Below are positions 1-11,091 of a DNA stretch of 64,000 nucleotides, one piece after another (the stretch's first letter is position 1; each line of letters begins with the position of its first letter). Source of the stretch: Octopus vulgaris (Eukaryota); the NCBI GenBank assembly GCA_951406725.2, contig OX597821.1, positions 15,500,001 through 15,564,000 on the forward strand, read 5' to 3'. The position numbers were made by a program, and so were the translations under genes. Under the pieces are notes generated by a model that saw only the letters and a program-made list of their open reading frames with translations, was not told the origin of the DNA and made no database searches.

Positions 1-54
1 TTGGAACGGAGTGATTTTCACTAAAATATTGACTACATAATTAAGCCAAATTCG

Positions 55-56
<2 letters not shown>

Positions 57-117
<61 letters not shown>
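57..117. repeat. (CA)n microsatellite
   Basis: Pure CA dinucleotide run. Confidence 0.98.
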
Positions 118-119
<2 letters not shown>

Positions 120-1104
120 GTATATTTGGCGGTATAAACAAGATAAAAAGTACACAGTAACAGTGGTAGTTTAATCGGCAGAAGCTAATGATTAACCCCA
201 GTCGCTACTGGAAAGATGTATAATGAAGAACGTCGTTTAATCTAAATTTCATTTGTTGGCAGCGACCTGGTGAAGCTTTGCTGTTTGTGGTACCGCTTGG
301 ATGTCATAACTCCCTTCACCTGGCGGCCTCGGCTGATGTAAACAGTTATAGACGGTTCTCCGTGTCCGAACCTGAATACCGTCCAAACCTCATGAATTGA
401 GGGATCTCCAGTTCAATAATTCCTCTTCCCTCACACAACACTATTTACTGTATCTAATTTTTCACCATCATCATTGTTAATATGGAGACTGCTTCGCACA
501 CACCTTGTCCCAACATCTACCAATATTTGAGTCAGTTGTTACTTTGAATAGAAGTATAACAAAATTATTGTTGTGAAGAATGCAACAATGTCTTCTTCTT
601 CTTTTCAACAATATTGTCCTCGATTGAGGACCACTGTATTCGGTGCATTGGACACCGACATCTTCACAGAGTACACCAAAGTCTTCCGCGTGAAATGTAA
701 TATAAATTCGGGAAGCTCGATGGTGTGGGCGTCTATGTGTACGTCTGTATGTACATATGTGTGTTTATGCACACACACACACACACCTACATATATACAT
801 ATGTGTCTGTATGTATGTGTGTATATTTAGTTAGATAGATTGATTAATCAGACAAACAGAGAGTGCGTGTGTGCGCGTGCGCTCTCTCTCCCACCTCACC
901 GGGAAATGGAAAAACAATGCTTAAAATAAAAAAATAAAAAAAGTTATAATATTCTGTTCCACTATCTTAGGTCGCTTTATATGTAATACGATTTTAACTT
1001 TCATATTATTTACGTAAAAAATGATATTGATATCAGGGATGGATACAACCAGACAACATGTTTCAGACTTCTTACCAGCATGGTTATAATTCCTAACAGA
1101 CTAC

Positions 1105-1107
<3 letters not shown>

Positions 1108-1154
<47 letters not shown>

Positions 1155-1233
1155 TAGATAAATAAATAGACAGACAAAGATACAGACAGATAGATAGATA
1201 TACAAATATATATATATACATACATCTATATAA

Positions 1234-1284
<51 letters not shown>

Positions 1285-1298
1285 CATCTATATACATA
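1108..1298. repeat. Compound (TA)n/(GATA/GACA)n microsatellite
   Basis: Direct reading. A similar compound pattern recurs at about 3050-3155. Confidence 0.95.
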
Positions 1299-1514
1299 CG
1301 ACTGAAGAAGGGGTTTTTTCGTTTTGTTAATTGTCCTGTACTCTATTTTTTGCTGTTTTTAATAAGTGTCCAGTTCCTTTGGTTTGTGTCTATGTTTTCG
1401 TTTCTCTTTGTGTTCGACGTCCCTTTGGTGTCCTGTACTCATATATGCGTGTATATGTACATGTAGAGGTAGGTACGTACATATATGTTTATATATATGC
1501 ATATGTTTTATTTC

Positions 1515-1552
<38 letters not shown>

Positions 1553-1596
1553 TTATATATATACATACATCTATATACATACATACATATATATAT

Positions 1597-1642
<46 letters not shown>

Positions 1643-1649
<7 letters not shown>

Positions 1650-2437
1650 GATAAGAGTAAATAATTTCTATAAAGGCTTTTAAAAAAACCCCAATTATTT
1701 ACTGGTAGAATTCGGTATGTAAATATAGCCGATTACCGAAAAAATAGAAATAGCATTCTTGACTGCTATTTCTATTTTTTTCGGTATGCGGTCAAGCAAC
1801 CTGTTTTGCCTGTCCCTTTTACTTATATACAATATATATACTGAACTTTACAGAAGTTCCTGCCGGTAATCGGCTATATTTACATACCGAATTCTACCAG
1901 TAAATAATTGGGTTTTTTTTAAAAGCCTTTATAGAAATTATTTACTCTTATCATTATATTACTATTTGGGTTTTTCACTCCCTTTGACAACCTAACTGTA
2001 ATGCGCATGGCAAAATTTTGGAGGGAAGATTTATGAATTCAAACGTCTATGTAGGTTTAGCCTTTGCTCACTTTCTTCAAATATTTTGATGTCGCATGGT
2101 CAGAAGGTTTGAGGTACGTAGCATTTGATAAATCTATGATAAATCTTTTTCAATGGAAAGCTGTGCTGAAGAAGGATGTGAAATATATATGCAATATATA
2201 TGAAATATATATCAAAAATATATGGAATATATATTCAATATGTTTATAATCCAGAAACATGATGTTCACAAATAACCGCCAGACTTCGTATTCGTTATCT
2301 ATTCCTTCTGTTTTGCATATGTGAATGACAGGGTCTGTCATGCCCGGAGTCCAACTTTGATAGAAATAAGCATTCTTGACTGCTATTTCTATTTTTTCGG
2401 TATGCGGTCAAGCAACCTGTTTTGCCTGTCCCTTTTT

Positions 2438-2443
<6 letters not shown>
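1643..2443 (+). mobile_element. Penelope-like element terminal fragment with inverted and direct terminal duplications
   Basis: About 96-bp inverted repeat (1643-1738 vs 1864-1959), about 85-bp direct repeat (1744-1827 vs 2360-2443), hammerhead motif at 2162-2270, and (TA)n on both flanks. This architecture is typical of PLE pseudo-LTRs. Confidence 0.6.
2162..2270 (+). ncRNA. Type I hammerhead ribozyme-like motif with long stem II insert
   Basis: TGTG-CTGAAGA-A-GGAT...(about 70 nt AT-rich)...ATCC-A-GAA-ACAT-G-ATGT-T-CACA. Stem I TGTG/CACA, stem II GGAT/ATCC, stem III ACAT/ATGT. Confidence 0.55.
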
Positions 2444-2477
<34 letters not shown>

Positions 2478-2533
2478 CATCTATATATATACATACATCT
2501 ATATATATACATACATCTATATACATACATACT

Positions 2534-2567
<34 letters not shown>

Positions 2568-2610
2568 CATACATATATATATATACATACATCTATATAC
2601 ATACATCTAT

Positions 2611-2667
<57 letters not shown>

Positions 2668-2674
2668 CATCTAT

Positions 2675-2705
<31 letters not shown>

Positions 2706-2774
2706 CATACATCTATATACATACATATATATATATACATACATATATATATATATATACATACATCTATATAC

Positions 2775-2825
<51 letters not shown>

Positions 2826-2946
2826 CATCTATATACACACATCTATATACATAGCCAGCTGGTGCTATTAAGTTAGACATGGCCTGGGCCAATACTGGCC
2901 AAAACCTTTCTAAGTTATTCTAAGTTAAGTTATATATACATACATC

Positions 2947-3004
<58 letters not shown>

Positions 3005-3011
3005 CATCTAT

Positions 3012-3051
<40 letters not shown>

Positions 3052-3107
3052 GGATAGATAGATAAATAGATAGACAGACAGACATATAGATAGATATACA
3101 AATATAT

Positions 3108-3156
<49 letters not shown>
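2441..3156. repeat. TA/CATA/CATCTA-rich microsatellite field
   Basis: Direct reading. Short unique spacer at about 2853-2930. Confidence 0.95.
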
Positions 3157-3158
<2 letters not shown>

Positions 3159-3692
3159 TGCAAATAAACCAATATATATTTTAAGCCAGCGATAATTTAG
3201 TTACGTATGAGTGACCTCCCCTGACTATCGATGTTTACAACTGCTTTCGTATCTTCTGTGCGTTCCTCGTTAAACTTGACATAATTTACATTGAGCGTCC
3301 TCATTATTTCTTTCCTCACCTCTTCTAAGTGATGCTCCACGAAAATCATTCTACACGTTTTTTTTTTTTAATTCTTTATAGTTTGTTCATATTTATTGAC
3401 TGACTGAATAACCACGTTATAAAATCTGTCATTTAGTTGACAGTCCAAACGAGGATTCACATCGAATCATACGCGCGCGCGCACACACACACACGCACGC
3501 ACACATACACACGCACAGACAATCGTACGCGCGTACATACACACATACACACACATTGATTTATCTATAGATATAGGCGTTTTATAATCATATATATACA
3601 CATCCATGTGAGTATATATCTACACACATACACACACACACACAGGGATACACACATACACGTTAATGTGTCTATAGATATATGTGTTTTAT

Positions 3693-3849
3693 AGGCGTGG
3701 CTGTATGGTAAGAAGCTTCCTTCCCAACCTCATAGTTACGAGTTCAGTCCCACTGCGTGGCATCTTGGGCAGGTGTCTTCTATTATAGCATCGGACCGAC
3801 CAAAGCCTTGTGAGTATACTTGGCTGACGGAAACTGAAAGAAGCTCGTC

Positions 3850-3903
<54 letters not shown>

Positions 3904-4012
3904 TTGTGTCTGTGATGACCCCACGACCATCGCTTGACAACCGAGGGGTTTAAGTCCCTGTAACTTAGCAGTTCGACAAAAGAGCAATACAACAGGTACT
4001 AGTCTTACAAAG
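3693..4012 (+). mobile_element. SINE family A (tRNA-like head, CORE-like segment, internal (TA)n(TG)n), 3' truncated
   Basis: ggcgtggctgtatggtaag...gttcagtcccactgcgtggcatcttgggcag matches the full copies at 8246, 34675, 45893 and 52406. Confidence 0.9.
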
Positions 4013-4019
4013 GATCAAT

Positions 4020-4218
4020 TTCTTTTTTATTCTTTTACTGGTTTCACTCATTTGACTGGAGCCATGCTGGAGCACCGCCTTAAAAGGTCTTTAGTCGAAG
4101 AACTGGACCCTAGACATTCTTTTTTGTAAGCCTAGTACTTTTTCTATCCGTCTACTTTGCCGAACCGCTACATTACAGAGTCAAACACACCAGCATCGGT
4201 TGTCAAACACGGAGACAA

Positions 4219-4240
<22 letters not shown>
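4020..4240 (-). mobile_element. SINE family A, 3' half, inverted relative to the preceding copy
   Basis: Reverse complement of the tail ggcggtgctccagcatggc...cagtcaaatga...gaaac and of gttcggcaaa. Confidence 0.88.
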
Positions 4241-4256
<16 letters not shown>

Positions 4257-4574
4257 CTGTCGCCATAAGTTAGCAAACCGCTAACATATGGTGATGTAAA
4301 CTAACAAGCTATACTTACTATGCTATGAGCAACAAATTTAAACAAACAAAAGCACACTCAGACAGGCTCTCACGGGGATTTCTGTATGTGTGTGTGTGTA
4401 CGCGCGCGTCTTCAGAATATCCGTCAATCATATTCATTACTAAAGTATTGTCTACCGGGATGAAGTAGTAAAACACATCTGCACAAGACGATAAGCAATT
4501 AAATCGAACCCGAACCGAATCTACGTAGTTGAGAAACGCAAGAAAGATATATTTCGTATCTATATTATTGAAAG

Positions 4575-5125
4575 CTGGTAGAATTGTTAGCGCGCTGGAC
4601 AAAATGCTTAACGGCATTTCGTATGTCTTTACGTTCTGAGTTCAAATACTGCCGAGGTCGACTTTGCTTTTCATCATTTCGGGGTCGATTAATTAAGGAC
4701 CAGTTACGCACCAGTGTCGATATAATCGACTTAATCCGTTTGTCTGTACTTGTTTGTCCTCTCTGTGTTTGGCCCCCTGTGGGTAGTTAAGAAATAGGTA
4801 TTTCGTCCGTCACTGCATTCAAATGATGCCGATTTCTCCTTTGTCTTTCATCCTTCCTGTGTCGATGAAGTAAGTACCAGTTACGCACTGGGGTCGATAT
4901 AATCGACTTAATCCGTTTGTCTGTACTTGTTTGTCCTCTCTGTGGGTAGTAAAGAAATAGGTATTTCGTCCGTCACTGCATTCAAATGATGCCGATTTCT
5001 CCTTTGTCTTTCATCCTTCCGTGGTCGATGAAGTAAGTACCAGTTACGCACCTAACCCTAACCCCGCCCCCACAAAGAAAAAAAAAGCAATTTCAGGCCT
5101 TGTGCCTATAGTAGAAATGATTATT
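4575..5125 (+). mobile_element. SINE family D (gaggtcgactttgcctttcatcctttcggggtcgat central domain), head-to-tail tandem of about 3 units
   Basis: The unit aagaaataggtatttcgtccgtcactgcattcaaatgatgccg... repeats at about 4790 and about 4953. The array ends in the alternative tail aatttcaggccttgtgcctatagtagaaa. Confidence 0.88.
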
Positions 5126-5683
5126 AAAGTGGAGTCGGGGGGAATGCATATTCTGACTAAACAAAACGGCTTTTGTGTTGTGAAACAGAAAAAAAAAATG
5201 AAAGTGATAAAAAACAACAAAAACCCATTAATAAAGTATGCGGTTGCTTAGTGTGGTGGTGATGGTGGTGGTGGTGTATAAATTGATGGTGAGGATTGAG
5301 GAAAATGTATGACTGTGGTATGTCTATAGTGTAGAATTATTTATAGAATTAGATGTAGGTTTGTTGAAAATAATTTGCGGGGTTTTGATGGTGCACCTGT
5401 TGTATGTAGGTGGTACATAATGAATGCAATGAAAGATAAGAAGCCTTTGGCAGGAACTAATAGTGCATGTGTTTGGGGTGTAAACCACATCTAGATGTTG
5501 TATTATTAACCGTGTTTCTAATAATAAACAGCGTTTAATAATTGCTTCTAAGTCAGGCACAAGGCCAGAAGTCTTGAAACAGTGCTTGTTAGTTGATGCC
5601 ATCGACCCCTGTAGGGGTCACAGATGCTGTATTTCATCGACCCCTGAGGGATGGATGGTAGAGCCAACGTCGACGGTATTTAA

Positions 5684-5906
5684 GGCGGCGCGCTGGCAGA
5701 ATCGTTAGCGCGTTGGGCGAAATGCTTAGCGGTATTTCGGCTGCCGTTACGTTGTGAGTTCAAATTCCGCCCAGGTCGACTTTGCCTTTCATCCTTTCGG
5801 GGTCGATAAATTAAGTACCAGTTACACACTGGGGTCGATGTAATCGACTTAATACCTATGTTTGTCACCTCTCTATGTTTAACCCCTTGTGGATAATAAA
5901 GAAATA
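5684..5906 (+). mobile_element. SINE family D, full length, flanked by the direct repeat GGTATTTAA
   Basis: ggcggcgcgctggcagaatcgttagc...gagttcaaattcc (B box)...aataaagaaata. GGTATTTAA at 5675-5683 and 5907-5915. It abuts an older inverted family D relic at about 5550-5680. Confidence 0.92.
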
Positions 5907-5956
5907 GGTATTTAAATGAGGCTTGATAATAAATGTTGCTTACTATAAGGAAAGGT

Positions 5957-6207
5957 GGGGGCGCGTGGCTTAGTGGTTAGGGTGTCAGCATCATGATCAT
6001 AAGATTGTGGTTTCGATTCCTGGACCGGGTGATGCGTTGTGTTCTTGAGCAAAACATTTCATTTCACGTCCACTCAGCTGGCAAAAATTAGTAACGCTGC
6101 GAATGACTGGCGTCCCGTCCAGCTGGGGAACACATACGCCATAGAAACCGGGAAACCGGGCCCATGCGCCTGGCTAGGCTTTAAAAGGGCGCATTTATTT
6201 TTTATTA
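5957..6207 (+). mobile_element. tRNA-derived SINE, head type B with V-domain-like tail
   Basis: A box tggcttagtgg, B box ggtttcgattcc, CORE-like ttgtgttcttgagcaaaaca, then gactggcgtcccgtccag resembling the V-SINE domain. Confidence 0.85.
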
Positions 6208-6950
6208 CTATTTGCAATAATAACAAATAAATGGTAAATAGTTGTTGCTATTTCGCTATTGTTGCTATCGTTTCGTTATTGATGAAACGATTAAAAAAAC
6301 TAGAGAATCAACAAACCAAAAGAAACATGTGCAACAATAATCTTAGATGCAAACGAGAGAAATATCCCAAACTGATGACAAGTAGTAGTAGTAGTAGTAG
6401 CTGCAGTGGCCGCAGCAGTAGCCACCACAAACTAGTAGAGGCAACGGCGGCCGCTGCAGCAGAACTAGCAGCAGCAACCAAAAACGACAGCCTATACGTG
6501 GTCATTTAGCCTGCTAGAAATCACCCACGAAACGGCTCAGAAATAGGACAAATTAGAAAATGTGATCCTTGATGCAGGTCATTTCATAATAAATGAAAGA
6601 CGAGAAAGTTACGGCTTCAGAGACTTTTGAACATAGATACAGTCAGGACTGACTTGAGCTAGGCAATACTAACATCAAGCGGCAAACATTACAGTTTAAG
6701 ACCAGCAACAACAGTAGTGCCAACAATAACTATGCTTAGCAAATTATAGTCTCTAGCTCTCTCACTCTCTCTCCCTCTTTCTCATAGCTACACACATGAG
6801 AAAGAGATTGAAAATTTGAGCAACTACTTTGTAAACGCTTTATAGAAATCAAACTTGGCAAACTAAGCTGACCAGTTGAGACTACTGTGATCCATGCAGT
6901 CCATAGATTTCCAATCCGCTACCTGTCCAGTTTATAAATCCAAAGTTTAT

Positions 6951-7186
6951 ATACCTATTTCTTTATTACCCACAAGGAGCTAAACACAGAAGGGACAAAC
7001 AAGGACAGACATAGGCATTAAGTCGATTACATCGACCCCAGTGCGTAACTGGTACTTAATTTATCGAACCCGAAAGGATGAAAGGCAAAGTCGACCTCGG
7101 TGAAATTTTAACTCACAACGTAACGCAGATGAAATACCGCTAAGCATTTCGCCCGGCGCGCTAATGTTTCTGCCAGCTCGCCGCCT
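6951..7186 (-). mobile_element. SINE family D, full length
   Basis: The reverse complement matches 5684-5906 along its whole length. Confidence 0.92.
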
Positions 7187-7198
7187 AAATATGGAAGC

Positions 7199-7270
7199 CT
7201 CACCGGCGGGGAATCTAATCCCGGTCTCCCGCGTGACAGGCGGGGATACTTACCACTATACTACCGAGGA
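7199..7270 (-). pseudogene. tRNA-Asp(GTC), probable pseudogene
   Basis: TCCTCGGTAGTATAGTGGTAAGTATCCCCGCCTGTCACGCGGGAGACCGGGATTAGATTCCCCGCCGGTGAG is near-identical to metazoan tRNA-Asp. The B box GTTCGA is mutated to ATTAGA, the acceptor stem has a C:T mismatch, and no T4 terminator follows immediately. Confidence 0.88.
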
Positions 7271-7648
7271 AGATTATATACCGAGTATAAGTATATCCAG
7301 TATAAGATCACAGATAATTGGAGAAAAACACAAAAGAAAATAGAGAAAATTATTCGTTGCCAGTCCGCTTACGTACGTTTCGGATAATTTAGTATTACAT
7401 AATTATCGATCAAAATTTCTTCGACTAAGATCAAGAAATTTAAAATCAACATATTATAAAAGTTTTTCTATTCGAATAAAATGTAAAATTACTTCATCGC
7501 AGTATTAAGTGACGTTAAGATATCTGAAACCAGCGTAAGCTGATTAAGAATGTGTAATTCTCCATTCCTTTTGTTGACATACATACATGCATACATACAC
7601 ACGTGACCGGAAACTTATCGTACTCATGTTACTTATGTGTAGATTATA

Positions 7649-7892
7649 TCTTTATATATAAAAGTCAAGTTGTGTGTCTGTCTCCTACGATTTTGATTCC
7701 TAACTACTCCCACATTTTGTGGTGCAGTTTAACCAAAACCGGGTATCTTATAGTCGTGATTCATATCGAGCCCTTCTGGATATTAGCGCGCGTCTACGAT
7801 GAGTCTACGATTTAAAAAAAAAATCACCATCATTTTTTTCCATTTTAATGCATTTTTTCGCTATTATATAAGGGAAGTAACTCTCTAAAAAT
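7649..7892 (+). mobile_element. Possible Helitron-like 5' terminal fragment
   Basis: Starts TCtttatatataaaagtcaagttgtgtgtctgtc, resembling 5' ends of non-autonomous invertebrate Helitrons. It abuts a headless SINE tail. Confidence 0.35.
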
Positions 7893-8029
7893 GTCACTCT
7901 TTCTTCTGTTGGCCTGCTCGCTCAGCCAGCGGGATGGCGTCATTCGAAGGCTAAAACAATGCGAACGCATTGAGACCAGCGAATGTGTAACAACGTTTGA
8001 TGGGCTGGTCGGTCACGTGATCATGTGAT
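7893..8029 (+). mobile_element. Headless SINE tail (tail type 3)
   Basis: ctgttggcctgctcgct...ggtcggtcacgtgatcatgtgata matches about 12755-12885. Confidence 0.88.
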
Positions 8030-8245
8030 ATACGACGTACTTTTGTATTACTCTATGCTAACACCCAGAACAATTCACAGGTGTATGTAGTTGATAATTA
8101 GCAGCAAGAGAAGGACCGAAAACTATCGTTTCGTCTTGGTTCGCTGACTTTATAATCTTTACTTATTAGCTAGCATTGTCTTTCATAATACTAGCAAGGA
8201 ATTTACAGGCAAAGCTAAATAGAAAAGCAATTGTTTGATGATATA

Positions 8246-8407
8246 GGCGCAGGAGTGGGTATGTGGTAAGTACCTTGCTAAGCAACCACATGGTTCCGGG
8301 TTCAGTCCCACTGCGTGGCATCTTGGGCAACTGTCTTCTGCTATAGCCCCGGGCCGACCAATGCCTTGTGAGTGGATTTGGTAGACGGAAACTGAAAGAA
8401 GCCTGTC

Positions 8408-8477
<70 letters not shown>

Positions 8478-8708
8478 ATGTGTGTGTGTTTGTGTGTGTG
8501 TGTTTGTCCCCCTAGCATTGCTTGACAACCGATGCTGGTGTGTTTAAGTCCCCGTCACTTAGCGGTTCGGCAAAAGTGACCCATAAAATGAATACTGGGC
8601 TTACAAAGAATAAGTCCCGGGGTCGATTTGCTCGACTAAAGGCGGTGCTCCAGCATGGCCGCAGTCAAATGACTGAAACAAGTAAAAGAGAAAAAAAAGA
8701 GAAAGAGA
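8246..8708 (+). mobile_element. SINE family A, full length
   Basis: Head ggcgcaggagtgg, internal (TA)n(TG)n, tail ggcggtgctccagcatggccgcagtcaaatgactgaaacaagtaaaagag. Confidence 0.95.
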
Positions 8709-9629
8709 TATCAGTTTATACGGAGAATAATTAAATTGAGTAAATGATCCTGCAAAAATTTCCAAATGATTTTTCGATCACCTTTGTTCGATACGGAGAT
8801 TCATTTGTTCGATCAGCAGTGCTCATACTACTGTACCCCCTTTAAGTGCTTAGGCAAATCATTCGAACTCGGTACTTATTTTTTAATCCTATTCCTTATT
8901 CTATCGGTCCCCCTATCGGTCATTTTTGCTGGACCATAAATAAACCAAACCCGGTTTCGAAGTGGTGCTTGAATACGCACAAATACATACATACATACAT
9001 ATATATATATATACTTACATGCATACATACATACATACATACATACATACATCATACATACACACACGCGCGCACGCACGCACGCATGCATACACACACA
9101 CACACACATACAAACTCATGCACACGCAAGCACACACAAGCACACACACACATATATATACACGACAAGTTTTTTTCAGTTTCTTTGAAATCATTTCCAG
9201 TCACAATATGTGAACAACACTATTCCAGAAACCACGTAGTTGTATTGATCCCGTGATCTGGCAGTTGCAAATTGTAATTTTTCAAGGATCGGCCATATTT
9301 CAGCTATTCATAAAATGATCGACTCACGAGTAATTCTGGAAGGAAATACTACTAAATATTCTATCCATTACAGATATCAGGATGCATCTAACAAATTATT
9401 TATGTAAATGATCAGAGTTAACATATACAGAAAAATGATGGAAATGTGCTAATTTTCTTGAGTTGGATATGATCTAGCCAAAGAAACCTAAGTAAATTGG
9501 TGACTTAATATGGATTCCGTTTTTCTGTGATTCTGGAACGCTTCAAATCACCTGTTATTTGCTGGATTGCCCATTAACAATAAGAAAACATGTTTGTGTA
9601 AAAGAGAAATGATATTTATCATACAATAG

Positions 9630-9880
9630 CAGTGTTCTAGCATGGCCGCAGTCAAATGCCTGAAACAAGTAAAAGAGGAAAATGATAAAGGCTACGAGCT
9701 GTTAGAACCCTTAGCACGCCAGACTATATGCGGTCTTTTCCATGTTCTGGGATCAAATTTCACCGAGGTCGACTTTGCCTTACACCCTGAAACCATACCT
9801 GTTGAGCGCCGGGGTCGATCTAATCGACTTAACCACTCTTCGAAATTGCTGTTCTTGTGACAAACTTTGAAACCGGTATT
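9630..9880 (+). mobile_element. Family A tail fragment followed by a degenerate family D SINE
   Basis: agcatggccgcagtcaaatgcctgaaacaagtaaaag, then caccgaggtcgactttgcct...ggggtcgatctaatcgactt. Confidence 0.75.
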
Positions 9881-10773
9881 TATTATATACAGAAAAAAAA
9901 AGAAAAGAAAAAAGACATACGAAAATTCAAACCGACAGAATCGCAAAAGACGCGTGGACATACTGTGACACATTTCACGTTGCCCAAGTCCACTCAGGTG
10001 TAAATGACTAACACTGCGTCGGACTGAAGACCCTTTCAGGAGGTAAGTTGTGATCCCGGTCACTTACGAGGATATGCAATAGATACCGCATTACTGTTCC
10101 TGTAAATTCAAGGGCTTAAAGTAATAATGTTTAAGGGACTTTATTTACTTTCCTAACTATTACATCAAGATAAATTTACACTTTCACTTAATTTAAACAT
10201 AAAGGAAAATAAAATTTATCTTACTCAATTAACTTGATTTGGTTTTAATTGATTATGCAATTACCTGATGAATTTTGCATAAATGTGATGAAAACGAAAT
10301 CGGTGTTTCCAGAAGTAATGCAATTAAACGGACAACATATATTAGTACAGGATCTAGTGCGACCACTACTGGTAATTTATTATTACTAAGGCTTATTAGG
10401 AGTTCATTATTGATGAGACATAGATTACTTTGACAGCGTAAATACCATTTTAAAGGTGATATCAAGTGACATAGGATCATTTTGTCAAATGTTATAAAGC
10501 ATATAAATATTGGCATTAAGAAGTATGACATATTTACATGTCCATATACTTCTGTGCCTGAATGCAGGCATAGCAGTGTCGTTAAGTTGATAGCTTTTTC
10601 TAACACACGCTCCGAGTTCGATCCGACTGTATAACATTATGGACAAATGAAGTGTACACTTTGACAGCAGTGAGCAACCTACAATTTTTGAATTAATCTT
10701 TGATGGAATAATCGTTTATTTATTTTTTTTATTTGTCTCTGCCATCTGACTGCAGTTATGCTTGAGAACCGCC

Positions 10774-10903
<130 letters not shown>

Positions 10904-11091
10904 ATTCCAAAATAGTTAGAGAGAAAGAAAAAGGTATGTTTTATCGTTCACTATTCAACAAGCTTCTAACTTACTGTGGCCAAAGGCAGCAAATTATTGA
11001 TGTTTTATTTAAACATCGATTATTTAACACATGGAAGCAAACATTTTTAACTGCTCGCCTCTCTCTCTCTCTCTTTATATATATACACACA

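Noticed and set aside
4780-5050. Repeated units that might suggest a CRISPR-like array
   Set aside because: The units are SINE duplications without unique spacers, in a eukaryotic context with no cas genes.
10253-10606. 117-aa minus ORF with a donor-like CAG|GTAATT near its end
   Set aside because: No recognisable domain, AT-rich composition, and the start overlaps a decayed SINE head.
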